The notes under the pieces are model-generated. The model did no database searches, was not told the DNA's origin, and saw only the letters and a list, made by a program, of their open reading frames with translations. A stretch of DNA of 64,000 nucleotides from contig OZ037765.1 in NCBI GenBank assembly GCA_964035545.1, forward strand, positions 32,363,504-32,427,503, given 5' to 3'. The first letter of the stretch is position 1. Each line of letters begins with the position of its first letter. The stretch is from Bugula neritina. Its lineage: Eukaryota > Animalia > Bryozoa. Positions 1 to 12,615 of the stretch are shown here, piece after piece. The position numbers were made by a program, and so were the translations under genes.

Positions 1-2003
1 TTCTGGGCTGACTGGGTACAGATGGGTTGGGTGTGTAGGGGCCCGGAGTATGCATATTATGAAAGGATCGATCTTGAACTTGACTCTGGTGAATGTAACC
101 ACTGTAATGGTCTCTCCCTTGGCCGTGGGATTGTCTAGACTGCTGCCGATCATATGGGCTTGCGGAATGGTGACTGTTCTGTCTGGCTTGTCTCTGGTTG
201 CCCGCGTGGATACTGCCAGTTCTGAAGTCAAGGCTGAGAAACCTGCCATGTAGTTTAGTGTCACTGAACAGCTCTTTAGCGTATGGCACTGAAACTGAGT
301 GCCTGAAAGTGATGAAGGCCATGTTCTTGTTCTGTATGATAGCTACTTTCTCTAAAGGTCCAGCCTAAATAGTGACAAATGAAGGTCAGACAATGACTAA
401 TGCAGCACAGTTGATAGTCCTGGCCAAATTATATAACTATGAATTTTCATCACAAACAAAATCAGGGCTTGACTTTACTGCACAATCGCAGCATAGCAGT
501 GCTTCTTGCAAACTTCTACACCAGCTCATTAAATTTGAGATGTTTTTGTTGAACGAGTATTTATTTTTGGCAGGCCAGAAATTATAGTATATATAGTAAT
601 GCTATGTCAATCTGAATATGAATGTTGAAGCAAAAACCTCAATTATTAGATTTTGTCAATTTTCACATAATATGTGAAAATTATATATTACTATAGTACA
701 GCACTAAATTAACACCAAAAAAGCTCAATTTTGCCATCACTTTTGAAAAGAAAAATTTTATCTGTGTGGCTGGACTTTCACCAAAACATATTCACGTCTT
801 TTGGTAAATTTTTCAACAACTTAATCAAAACTTAAGAGACATTTATTTAGTCCACATGAACCATCAACAGAAATATCCAATAGTTGCCCATTTATCAGTA
901 AACATGCCATATAAATAAAACATAACTAAAAATACACATTTATGTTGAAACTTGCAACAGCTTATGTCTTTTGTTAAAAAATATTTTAATTCAGTAATTG
1001 AAAATCATCAGGCGATTGCAAAGACAGGGTACCAATAAAGTCAAACAAATATTTACTTCCAACGATTTAATTACATTTACCATTAATCCAAGTAAAAGTA
1101 TTACTAATAGTAATACTAATAGAGTAAGAGTAATTATGATTATAGTTATAGTAAACATTACCATTGAATTTAATACAAGCATTATATTTACTAAAATAAT
1201 AATTATAATAACTTAATATTTATATTGATACTGATAGTATCATTTTTTTTTTCTCTTTCTTTTTTTCTTTCTCTCCTGGCAGTAGCTAGCTATTGAGCTT
1301 TGAATCGAAGCATAATTAACTATATTCTTATCTCGTAGACAAAATAGTTTTCTTCTTTACTACTGATAATCTAAACAATTGTTCATACACCACTGCATCT
1401 CGATAAAGGAGCCAAAGCGCTCCGAGTGAGATTAATTAGATGAGATGAGATGAGATGACATTGCTATTACTATTCGTATTAGTATTACAGCGAATACTAT
1501 CTTTACCATCATGTCAGTAAACAAGTTACTGTTAGGCCTGTTGCTGTTACTGTTAGTGTTACTGCTAAAATCTCTTAAAGTGCTTTTATAAATTGTTGAA
1601 TAAGAATATCAGAATAACTAATATTATAAGTATAAGTCAGTAAACTAAACAATCAGTTTACATTTAGCACCTAATCATGATCATCATAATGATAAAAATA
1701 AATATTTATTATAACTATATTATTAATATCACTATTACAATTAATAAGTTGCAGCAGCGGTACTAGTTCTACTAGTAGTAGTACTCAAATAGTACACTGT
1801 GACACTGACTGTTACAGGCCCAGAGTAAGAGACTGTAACACTAACTGTAAGTGTAGTCTGTACTTCACCTGCAAGAAGAGTTCATACAACTCGTCTTCCG
1901 TGGTTTTTTCATCGAAGGCTCGAAGGAAAAGAGTTCTATTCATTTCAGCCTCCCGGTCCTCCACTTCTGCATCGTGGTTCTTGTCATTAGTTTGTTCTGG
2001 CAT
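1..2003 (-). CDS. RBM7: RNA-binding protein 7/11-like (single N-terminal RRM; NEXT complex subunit family), 3' end beyond the window start
   Basis: Exon 1 2003-1869 (MPEQ...RTLFLRAFDEKTTEDELYELFLQ, CAG|gtgaag) joins exon 2 364->1 (atttag|AGPLEKVAIIQNKNMAFITFRHSVSVPYAKELFSDTKLHGRFLSLDFRTGSIH...). This matches the RBM7/11 pattern ELFxQAGP...AFVxFKHxVSVPYA...KLYGRPxxxQFRSGS. Exon 2 stays open to position 1. Confidence 0.88.
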
Positions 2004-3546
2004 ATCAAATAACTAAAAACACACTATCATGAACAGAACTGATTATTTCATCAGACTTCAGAGCACATAGTTGAACCAAACAGCGGAACCAAAGGGTTAA
2101 AGTCAAGTATTAAATGGAAACGCTACAATATCTGACAAATTACCGCATCGTAAAAAAGGGCTTGTCAGATTGATATTATATACCTTTGCCTTATATTATT
2201 TTTGAACGCCATAGATATTAAAAACTACGAGTTATCGTGTTTACGGACAGGATAACTCCACACCAAAAGGCAAAGCCACTCATTAGGCCATCAACTGAAC
2301 TGCTATAATTTCGTGATTGTCTCTAACACAATTCAGTGAAGTATTTTGGAAAAACAAATATTATGAACAATGAATAGGTGTGTAGCACTTTCGGTGAGTC
2401 ACATAATTTGAACTAACTGAGATAATAAACTAAACATTATGATATAGATATGATTACATTAGCATTAGTACTTATATGTATATATTATTACACCATGCAG
2501 GTTTAAGGCTAGCTTTGTATAAAGCAAATACATCAGTCACATTCGACATTGGAAGCTACATAGATTGCAAGAGTGAGAAACTGAAAAGATAATAAATTGC
2601 GATGACTGTGTAAATTAGTCACTGTCAGTCCTGCAATATGATTGGCTGATTGTAGCAAAGTTGAAAATTTGTTGAAAAGGGAGCTATGACAATTTGTAGC
2701 ATTTTAAAATAAACTAAGTAATCACTATAGTATAATTTTTGGTACAAATGATTATATTTATTACATTCTGGTATAACAGCTTACAACTATTGTCATACTG
2801 CAATACTATATATTACTATAAATGCAAAAACATGGAAATTTATTAAAAACCACAACAGTGAGAATTATTGAAATTATCAACTCATGAAAAACTTTATCAG
2901 CAGATTTATTATATGGCAAACAAGTTGAAAGCTAAGTTAGCAGTGAGCATGCCCAAAGCAGTTATTCATTGCTCAACCACACACACATATTATGTTGAAC
3001 TGAAGTGTACATTTTCACACATGATACAACAACACTGATACATATGTAGTCATTATACAATATTTTCAAATTACAAAGAAAACAGAGTTACGTGGTTAGA
3101 GTTGTAGCAGAAACCTTTTTAAGTTCTCTAGCTTTTGTATTCCAATAGAGAAATACGTGAAAAGGAAAACAACTCCAGTTCCAGTGTGAAGAAATATATA
3201 GCCCACACTGCTGTGTGCTGGTAGTAATATATAAAAATGTAACCAAATGTGTATAAGTATGTTGCTTTAGGCAAATGATTGAATATAGAAAAATAGAAGG
3301 AATTTACCATAAATATCATAAGCATCTTTCAAGACAATATATCTTCTAAGTATCAATATATTACACTAATTATAATATGTTATAATACTAATTATATTAT
3401 ATACTAAATGTGTTGTAAGACATTGTCCACTGGCATTGGGAATTATGCAATCTGTAAAGATGCAACCGTTACAGCCCTAACCATGCCAACTAAACCGTAA
3501 CAGCTCTAGACATGAAGAAGAGCGGGACTAGAGCAGATTCAGTCAC

Positions 3547-6500
3547 TTATGAGACTGGGCACTGTACGGAACCGTCTGCTTCGTCGCTTTCGTCATCAGC
3601 GTCATCTGCGGCAGCCTCATCTCCCGCCTCCCTTCTCTACAAACAATACAAACTTATTAAAGCTGAAAAGCTTGGTACTCGGTGTTGCGAGTTAATCAAA
3701 TTTATGTTCACTTTTGATGTCAAAATACTTTCCTATAGGATAAAAGTCTGATCATCACATGATAGTTGCTACTGAACGTAACGAATGCAAAAGTAAAAAC
3801 TTCGGAACTGAGTTACAAACGAAACCAATTACAATTTTCACTTGGTTTAAATACGTGGCCATATTGGCATACAACAATAACAAGTATTAAAACCACATTG
3901 CTGAACTAACCAATATGAAATAGATTTAGACTTAGACACAGTGGACACTACAGACCTGCCCAGACACTGGGTTACAATACCTTCCAGTATGTGCAACTAT
4001 TACCTATTATCACTTGAAAGTTCAACATTGAAAGTAATTGCTAATGAAACATCTTTAAAGTTAAACAACATGAACTACGCAAATTACACTAAATACATTC
4101 ACACCAGTGGGACCCCAACGTCAATACAGGCTACAAAGAAATGCTAAGAGGAAAGCTCACAACACAAACAAAAAGAATAAAAAAGCAGTTGGTCTATCTA
4201 CAACACAACTATAACTAACAGCTGTATATTATATTACTGTAACATATAAGTGGCCTATTCAAGTGATAGCCGGCAGTCATAGGATATAAATATACTAGAA
4301 GGGGGAGGGGGGCTGACTCACCCGTCTCCGCCAGTGAATAGCCCTGAGAGCAGACATGAGAAAAGTTCTCTCTACTGTGTCTATCAGAGCATTGGAAGCC
4401 ATCCTAGAGCCCTTCCTGCCTGTATTCCTTTTCATCAGCTGAAATAAAGCATACGTGAAACCCTCTGCATCTGAATATCTACTACAAATGCATCAATTCG
4501 TGTTGGGAAAAATATTTAATAACAAATTTGTGATGAAATAAATATTCGATGCAGCATAATAAAATACTGATCGCACTAATACAATATACTCAGATACAAA
4601 AGTTCACCAGAATGTGAAGACAAGTGAATTCAACACAATAGCAACCTTTTTGAACTTTGACATGGAGGTCAACTTTTCACCGACAGGCATAAACATCTTT
4701 ACACTGTTGTCAAGTCCACTGACAGCCAAATAAGGAAGATGTGGGTGTGGCTCCAGCACATTGACCACGCCTCCTTCATCACCTATGACAACGGATAGTA
4801 ACAAAGATTCAATGAATCCAGTACATACAGTATACTAATTGCAGTTATATTGAGTTTCTATATCTCTCTAGAGTAGCTGATGGAGCTACTTCTTAGTGAC
4901 AACAACCGGTGATGAGGCTTTTGGTTTTAACACAATATCCAGCTAGTCTAATACACTATGTAGTATGTAACCACTATGTAGTATATAACCACTATGTAGT
5001 ATATAACCACTGTGTAATATATAACCACTGTGTAGTATATAACCACTATGTAGTATATAACCACTGTGTAGTATATAACCACTATGTAGTATATAACCAC
5101 TATGTAGTATATAACCACTGTGTAGTATATAACCACTGTGTAGTATATAACCACTGTGTAGTATATAACCACTATGTAGTATATATCCACTATGTAGTAT
5201 ATAACCACTGTGTAGTATATAACCACTATGTAGTATATAACCACTGTGTAGTATATAACCACTATGTAGTATATAACCACTATGTAGTATATAACCACTA
5301 TGTAGTATATAACCACTATGTAGTATATAACCACTATGTAGTATATAACCACTATGTAGTATATAACCACTATGTAGTATATAACCACTGTGTAGTATAT
5401 AACCACTGTGTAGTATATAACCACTATGTAGTATATAACCACTATGTAGTATATAACCACTATGTAGTATATAACCACTATGTAGTATATAACCACTATG
5501 TAGTATATATCCACTATGTAGTATATAACCATATACCTTTCTGTATTTGAAGAGGTTCACTGGACGTCTTGTCCCAGAAGAAGACGTTGCCGCAGTCACT
5601 TCCACTAACGATATACTCGCTGTTGGGGCCGTAGAAATTTACCCCCTTGACAGTTGAGCTGTTCCTGTGGCCGGTGTATGTGTTTACACAGGCTTCTTCG
5701 GCGGGCAGCTCGTTGTCGAAGAGGTAAATGTCTTCGTCATTGTACGTGCCAACAATCTCTAGACATCAATTAGTAAAGTATGTTGAGGGAACAACTCCAA
5801 CACACGTGTCAGTTCAGTTCATTGAGAGAAGGAATAAATCATGACTCATTACCAGCAAAGGAAGCAAGTACTGAACAAGGTGCTATAAAATTAGAAACGA
5901 AATGAAAAGAATTTACTTGTGACTAGCTGTCACGCGCTGTGTGTCAGATAAGGTGTATTGCATGTGATATAGTCTGTATTGAAAGCACAGGTTGCTAAAG
6001 GTGAGAGGGTAGGGGCAACTATCCTACCTGAACCATTGCAGTTGTAAACAGCGCAGGTTACGTCTCGGAGTAGCCGGTCTTTGTTGTCAAACTTTGAGGG
6101 AGTTAGTCTTTTTACCACATCGCTGGAGTTACTTTGCGAGTTAATGAATCTTTTGTCATATACTCTGGAATATATGGAATATATTATATTGCATGCGTAC
6201 TGTATGTATACTGCATTGCCATAATACGGTGAGCCATACACACTATATAGATGACATATAATGTGGTATGTTTATATTATAAATTCATATATAAATATAA
6301 AGTTTCATATCATACTATGATCACAGTAGTCTTAGAATCACTGATAATAATAGTAACAAATGCCAAAATCTCTGAATGTAACTGCAAGTTGCAACTTTAC
6401 CCACAAGTGAAGAATATACACGCACTAACTACCGTGGTTACATGAAACAATCATACTTACACTAAAAAGAGATTTATTTACCCACACTTACCTGATGTAG

Positions 6501-9500
6501 TGGTCTCTCCCACTAACAATGAACTCATAAGGCTTGTGAGGATGTTTGTCAATAGAATAGAGGGCAACCTTCATTTGACCTTGAAGGACCTGCACCAACC
6601 TACAATACAAATTAAGTTCAATGAGGACACAAATACTGTATATTATAGATGCACGAGGACACAACTACTGTATATTATAAATACACACGGATACAACTAC
6701 TGCGCATAACAAATACACGGGGACACAACTACTGTGCATTACATAGGGACACACTTGCGCAGCACAGCTAACAATAGGGGGACACAACTACAAAATGCTA
6801 AAGGTTACAGACCTATTTGGTTTCTTGGATCTCACGTCTATCTGAAACACCATTGCGTCTTCTCCAGCACTGAGAAGGCAGTATTCAGGGTCAGTTTCCA
6901 CAGCCAACTACAACAGCAGCGCAACTTACTTGTAGTTCGGACTACTTACCCTAACTTAGCTGTACGTACCCCTGTTACTCCACCAAAACAGCACTTGGAA
7001 TTCTACATTTCATACACTGAGTTTCTACAGATTAACTCAGTTATTTGTTTCACCAGTGAAATAAAAGTTAAGCTAAAACAACGACTGGTTGCAACACTTT
7101 GAAGCAGTTCTTAGCCCACATATTTTAAATAATCAGTGAACTGTTTTTTCTCATTCTGAAACATTTTCCGAATAAGATTGCTTGGCTTTAACGTACAATA
7201 TAGCTATTTTAAAATTCCGCCATGATGAAAACTGTAGCAACACTAACGATCTCCTAACAACCCTTATTATCTGTGACCCCATCACTCAAGTTTATTCAAG
7301 AAAGATCTTGCTTTTTGATTTCGCATGTTTCACCTTTGACCTTGATAGTGAATTTTTCAAAAGAAAATTAACTATATCATGACAGAGGCTTGAGTCTATA
7401 AACAGTAAATGAGATATTTGCGGTTTCATCCAAGTTGTACAAATTAATCTATTATAAAAAGTAATAGGAAAAAGACAGCTAAATCACTGGGTTCTCTACA
7501 TTTTACAAGCTATTAATGAGAGCTGATTGCATGTATTCGTAACAAAATATGAAAATGCTTTTGTCACATGTAACAAATTTTGTCCGTATATCGACTGTGT
7601 TTGTACAAACCAACCCACCTTATGGCAAGAACCACCATGTTCGCAGATTTTCCTGGTCTCTCTGCAGGATCCAGTGACTGAGAGCTCCGCCAACCTCACC
7701 TGACCGTCTCTGGCACAAGTAACTATCTGACTATCATTTGAATGGGGCATGAACTTGCACTGGAACACGTTGGACACGTGACCAGACTGGAATGAGATGT
7801 AGGGGGACAGCCGAATCATGTCCCAAACAACAACCTTTAGATCATCTGATCCACTGGCTAGATAAGTACCTGCAAGTGAGAGATAATCCTTACAGGACAG
7901 CATAACAATAGATTGCCCAACAATAATTTTACTATATAACAAGGGTGTCCAACGTTTTCGGAGTGAGGGCCACTGAAAGGTAATATTTCATGGTGAGTGC
8001 CACGTTGTAGAATTTAGCTTGAGCTGGGGGCCACAGCAGCAGTAATTTTCAAATAACTTCATCATATAATGAAGTCCCAATAAATACTGCAGGCTGCATG
8101 TCTTTAGCATGTATAAGAAAAAGACATTTAAAAGGTGGTTTTCCACTCTAATTCATATTCATGTAGAAAATAGTTTCATCGGTTATGCCTTTGAGGGCCA
8201 CATAAATATAGGCTGGGGGCCACATCCGGCCCTGGGGCCACCTGTTGGACAGCCCTGCTATATAACATGAAATGGTTTGACAAATTTATGTTTAAGTTTT
8301 AGAAATATAAAATGTGACAATGCACCCGATTGGTTGAAGTTGAGCTATAAACTGTGATAATGTACCCGATTGGTTGAAGTTGAGTGCGTTAACACAGCCA
8401 CTGTGAGAGTCCAGCGTGCCCACACATCTCATTCTCTTAACAAAATTCGGGTTACTTCGTAGGACTTTAGTGTAAAGCAGGGCTTTCCGTTGATATCCAA
8501 AGTCTCCCAGAGATCTAAATGTATTACAACAGTACAAATACTTTTTTTGTATTTAAACAGAATAAAAGTATTTTTAGAAAAAATAATAGTATCAAGATGT
8601 ATGCGAAATAGAAAAACAATAACATAAATACTTTAAGTTTTTCCAATTTTGTTTATTACAAATTTCCTGAATTTGTATGGAAATATTCATAAGGTTTACT
8701 TTTAGTGACATTAAATTTTGCTGATTTGTTTAATTAAATTTTATGACTAGTTTTTTAACTTCACATGCTCATTTTTTTTACAAAAAAGACATCTTTAGAT
8801 AAGTAAAAAATAAAACAAACAAATTGATTATTTCTACCAATGAACCATAGAAGACAAAGTAAAGTAGCACAACCCCTTGTAAATAGCATCACGGGGAAAA
8901 CCTGCAGCTATAATTTTCCAGAGCTATTCAATCGCATGGTAACTGAAGTGATTCTGGAATAACTTAAACAAGAAACTTTCAAAGTTCGAAATTTAAAAAA
9001 GACATCTACCTGGATTGTGTGTATGAGAGAATATTATGAGTGACTATAGGACGAGGCGTAGCATCTACGTGCTCACTTTCCCCCTCAACTGAAGTTTCAA
9101 CTTCCTCTCCATTTTCTGTATCAGATTCTTCGTTATCCGACACTTCGGGAGAAGAACTTCGACCAGTAAAGAGCCAACGATTCGCTGACACAGTGAAAAT
9201 CTGTGGCCTCCTATTCACTCTGAGAAAAGGACTTTCTTCAGACGCATCTGAGCTGCTATCGTCTTCAGGTGAACTAGAGAATGAAATACGACAACCAGCA
9301 CTTTGCAACAAAAGAACACAGTTCTAAGAAAAGAGTAGCTCAAGCTGTGTTATCTTACCTGGATGATTCTAGAACCCCTCTCTGGTAGAATGGCATGCCA
9401 CTGTCATCATTATCACTGTCCTGGTGTGTGGATGAAGAATTGTTTAGCTGATACACCCCAGCAGTGTCACTATCATCAGAGTCTAATTGTTCACTGGGCA

Positions 9501-10272
9501 TCAAGCTATCACTCGTTTCAGTAACATTCTCCTCCTCATTGATTGCTGGCAGCACCTCGTCTTGGAGACTACTTTGTGTTATGATGTCACAGTCACCAGC
9601 CTCGGCAGCGCCCACAACACCTTTTGACAAGGTGTCAGCATAATGTGTCACAACTCTACAGGGGTTTTGTGTATCTCCAACCTTCAAAGGCTGTTCCAGA
9701 ACACTACTTATTTCCTTATTGTCAGTTTTACCAACTAATGAGTCTGTGGACGGACTGCTGTTTGTATTATTTACATCTCCAGAAGCACCAGCTGAGTAAA
9801 CAATGTGAGAATCACTACCAACACTTTCTCCAAGTTTGGAATCTTGTGAGCTAAGCATGTCACTAGTTGCAAACTCTACAAGATATGTGGCTAGTTACAA
9901 TGCAACAGTTACTTTCATTATATTATCTAATAATTTAAATTTGTTCCTCATCTGTTATAAGTAAAAAAAAATTTGTTAACTATTCAGTGTTACAAACCTT
10001 TATTAATATTTGCAACCTAATAAGTTGAAGCAAAACCCAAACACAAAGATCTGTAACATATGATACATACCGTCTTGAGGTAATTCAACATGTACATAGA
10101 ATTTAGCAGCTCCTGATGGGGTATTTGATGTGCTGTCTACAACTACCTGATGAGCAACTTCCAGGCTACTTTCTGATTCAGATATATCTGTCATTTTAAG
10201 TTGATTCGACATATTTTGGCAATTGATTTGTGAAGCAGTCTCATCAGGATGGAAACTATCTTTAGTATCCAT
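3547..10272 (-). CDS. DCAF8: DDB1- and CUL4-associated factor 8 (WD40 substrate receptor), ~770 aa, with a long acidic/Ser-rich N-terminus
   Basis: Phase-consistent GT-AG exons: 10272-10071, 9875-9359, 9300-9010, 8514-8366, 7869-7619, 6907-6813, 6599-6492, 6164-6028, 5758-5537, 4782-4646, 4438-4322, 3636-3547. DCAF8-type motifs: [116 protein letters not shown], and the terminus VQCPVS*. Confidence 0.93.
4952..5530. repeat. 18-bp minisatellite (GTAGTATATAACCACT(A/G)T), ~32 copies, in a DCAF8 intron
   Basis: The tandem array is directly visible. It explains the spurious GYILHS, VYNHYV and IYYIVV ORFs. Confidence 0.97.
6620..6792. repeat. Degenerate ~33-bp tandem repeat (GGACACAACTACTGTATATTATA core) in a DCAF8 intron
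   Basis: GGACACAA(C/A)TACTG recurs about 5 times between exons 6907-6813 and 6599-6492. Confidence 0.7.
7940..8257. mobile_element. Non-autonomous hAT-type MITE in a DCAF8 intron
   Basis: Terminal inverted repeats CAAGGGTGTCCAAC...GTTGGACAGCCCTG, subterminal GGGCCAC motifs, and a perfect 8-bp TSD CTATATAA (7932-7939 and 8258-8265). Confidence 0.9.
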
Positions 10273-11659
10273 ACTTTAGCACATCACAACTGAAATGGTC
10301 AAGCGAGATAAAATAAAAAGATTTGCTGCATATATGAGGACACACATGACACGAGTGAAGACGAATAAAAAAATGAGAAAAAATCATTCAGTATCCATGG
10401 GCATTGGAGTAAATTCTTAAAGTGGGCACGTATAAAAGGAAGGTGAGTGATACATTGATGAGTGCTGCAGCAGCAAAGAATAGCAAGCAATAAAAATCAG
10501 CAATAATTAGTATGACTCTTGAATGACAGTCATATTAGTAGGTACTGAAACAAAAATTAAAACACCTTTATTTTGTTTAAAAGTTAGAGTTAGACTTTTT
10601 TAAAATATACAATTAAAGGCTTCTACGTTTACATATTTATTTTGTAACCACATTTTGGACACAAAACGAAGTAAATTTTAGTTGATAACTTGAAAACATA
10701 AATATAAGCTACCGGAATAAACACAATCAATTTGTCACAAAATAAAAATTGAGAGTTTAAGTTACTGCAGTATGAGATACATTAATTTTCCCACAGCCAT
10801 AGTTGAATAAACAAAAAATATTTTTAAATTGAATTTTTCCTAACCAATGAAAAATACTATCTCAAGTTAAAAACAATTGAAGGTTCATGCTCAATGTTAA
10901 TCGTGCTGGTCAGAATCATATTCATAGTCTAATGCTACTGTACCAGTCTGCAGTTTGCTTTCTATTTTACATTTACAGTAACTCGGACGAGTGAATAACA
11001 AATACAAAAGCTGGCACTGCCAATAAACCGTAAGTATAAGTCTTTGATTTGGTATTACGTGTTGTGGAGTTAAATCTAATTTCAAATCATAATACGAGTA
11101 TCACTATCAGTACGAATATGAGTATCATTATCAGAAGTGATTAAATAATTTCTTCAGGACTCAGGTTGAGACCGTTTGAGATTAACTAAGTTTAATTAAT
11201 TTACTATACTGATTGATGTTATTGTTAGCCACTGATACTATCATTATAGTCAATTATTAATATTACTGTCTATTACTTGAAGTTTATTATTAATATTATA
11301 CTAGGTGAACACACAACGTGAACGATTCGGATTTTAAAAATCAACATGGTGCATAGACATAGTTAAACTTTTATCACCGGCTTTACTGCTAAAATTAAGA
11401 CATAATCAAAATCTTTAGCCCGGTTTAGGTTAAACAAAAAACTCAGCAAGCTAGTATTTTCAATATTTCACTTTCACTTTCAGTACAATCATTTAATGTT
11501 CAATTCTATAGTTTGAGTTTTACTTTTACTCTTGGAATCAGAATGAGTTTAGCTTGCACGCAATTAATGTAAATATGGAAATCTATTAATTAACCGTGTT
11601 ATAGGCTCACGTTAGTAAATTATCTATTAACGTGGGCCTATAACACTAGCAATACTAAA

Positions 11660-11710
11660 TATAACTACTACTACTAGTACTAGTTAAACTAGTGCTACTA
11701 GTGCTACTAG

Positions 11711-11751
<41 letters not shown>

Positions 11752-11752
11752 G
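11660..11752. repeat. (ACT)n trinucleotide microsatellite
   Basis: Directly visible, and degenerate on its left side. Confidence 0.9.
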
Positions 11753-11920
11753 TGGTTACATTTATTAATATTTAAGATTATTTAAACTTCTATTCTAAAT
11801 CTTCATTCTAAACTTAATCCTCAGCCTTAGGCCAAATTAATGTTGAACAACAACAAAAATTCGAGGTACACTCAGTGACTTACAGTTACAAGTTTAAGTT
11901 ACACTTTGACTTACACTTAC

Positions 11921-12615
11921 AGCTAGTTAGTGTTACAGGTAGGTGCAGTTGCCGTTGGTTTGTAAACTTATAATAATAATGCAATGCTATAACTCAATAT
12001 TTCAGCTGTGATGACAGGAAATTGATAAATAATCTACTTGTAGCATAATAGTTGTTATTACAAGTATAATTATAATAATCACATATCATAATCTAATAAG
12101 TAAAACCAAAAGTAATGCAATAGAAAAAGACCGTGTGACGGATATTTTGACTCGAACCAGGAGCGAACGTGTTTCTGTTTGTTTTTATTGCGACACCCCA
12201 TTGCAGTTTTACATTGTATATTTGTCGTTTTATATTAAAGTGCTCTTTAGTGAAATAAAGCTATAACAAAATTAAAGTGTGCAGTAATTTATTTAGGTTT
12301 GTTTATTTACTTAAACTAACAGTTGCTTAAACACATGTTGAGTTATTTCTGCTGATTCGTCATCTTGGTGCCTTGGTATTGAGGAATTAAAAACCGGAAT
12401 AGGGTGTATCATTGTTAGCCGAGAAAGAATTTTGCAAACTTGCGAAAACGTTGTGACCTTTATAAGTCCCGATACATTATAACAAAACATACCTAAATAC
12501 TGGGCTATCTTCATTAGTTTACTTTCACTTTCGTATTACGCCGAAAAATAATATTCTTATTCTAAGAGAACGCTTCGCAAGTCATAACGTTTGATCATTG
12601 TTAAATCAAATCACA
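11921..12615. promoter_or_regulatory. Probable compact bidirectional promoter and 5' UTRs of DCAF8 (-) and COMMD7 (+)
   Basis: A minus-strand donor GTAAGT starts at 11920, implying a non-coding first DCAF8 exon that splices to the acceptor at 10290. The COMMD7 ATG is at 12616. CpG-containing patches occur at ~12130-12200 and ~12530-12590. TSSs are not observable. Confidence 0.5.

Noticed and set aside
4909-5605. Long repetitive ORFs (GYILHS, VYNHYV, IYYIVV), or a CRISPR-like array
   Set aside because: These are translations of an 18-bp intronic minisatellite. There are no unique spacers and no cas genes, and the context is eukaryotic.
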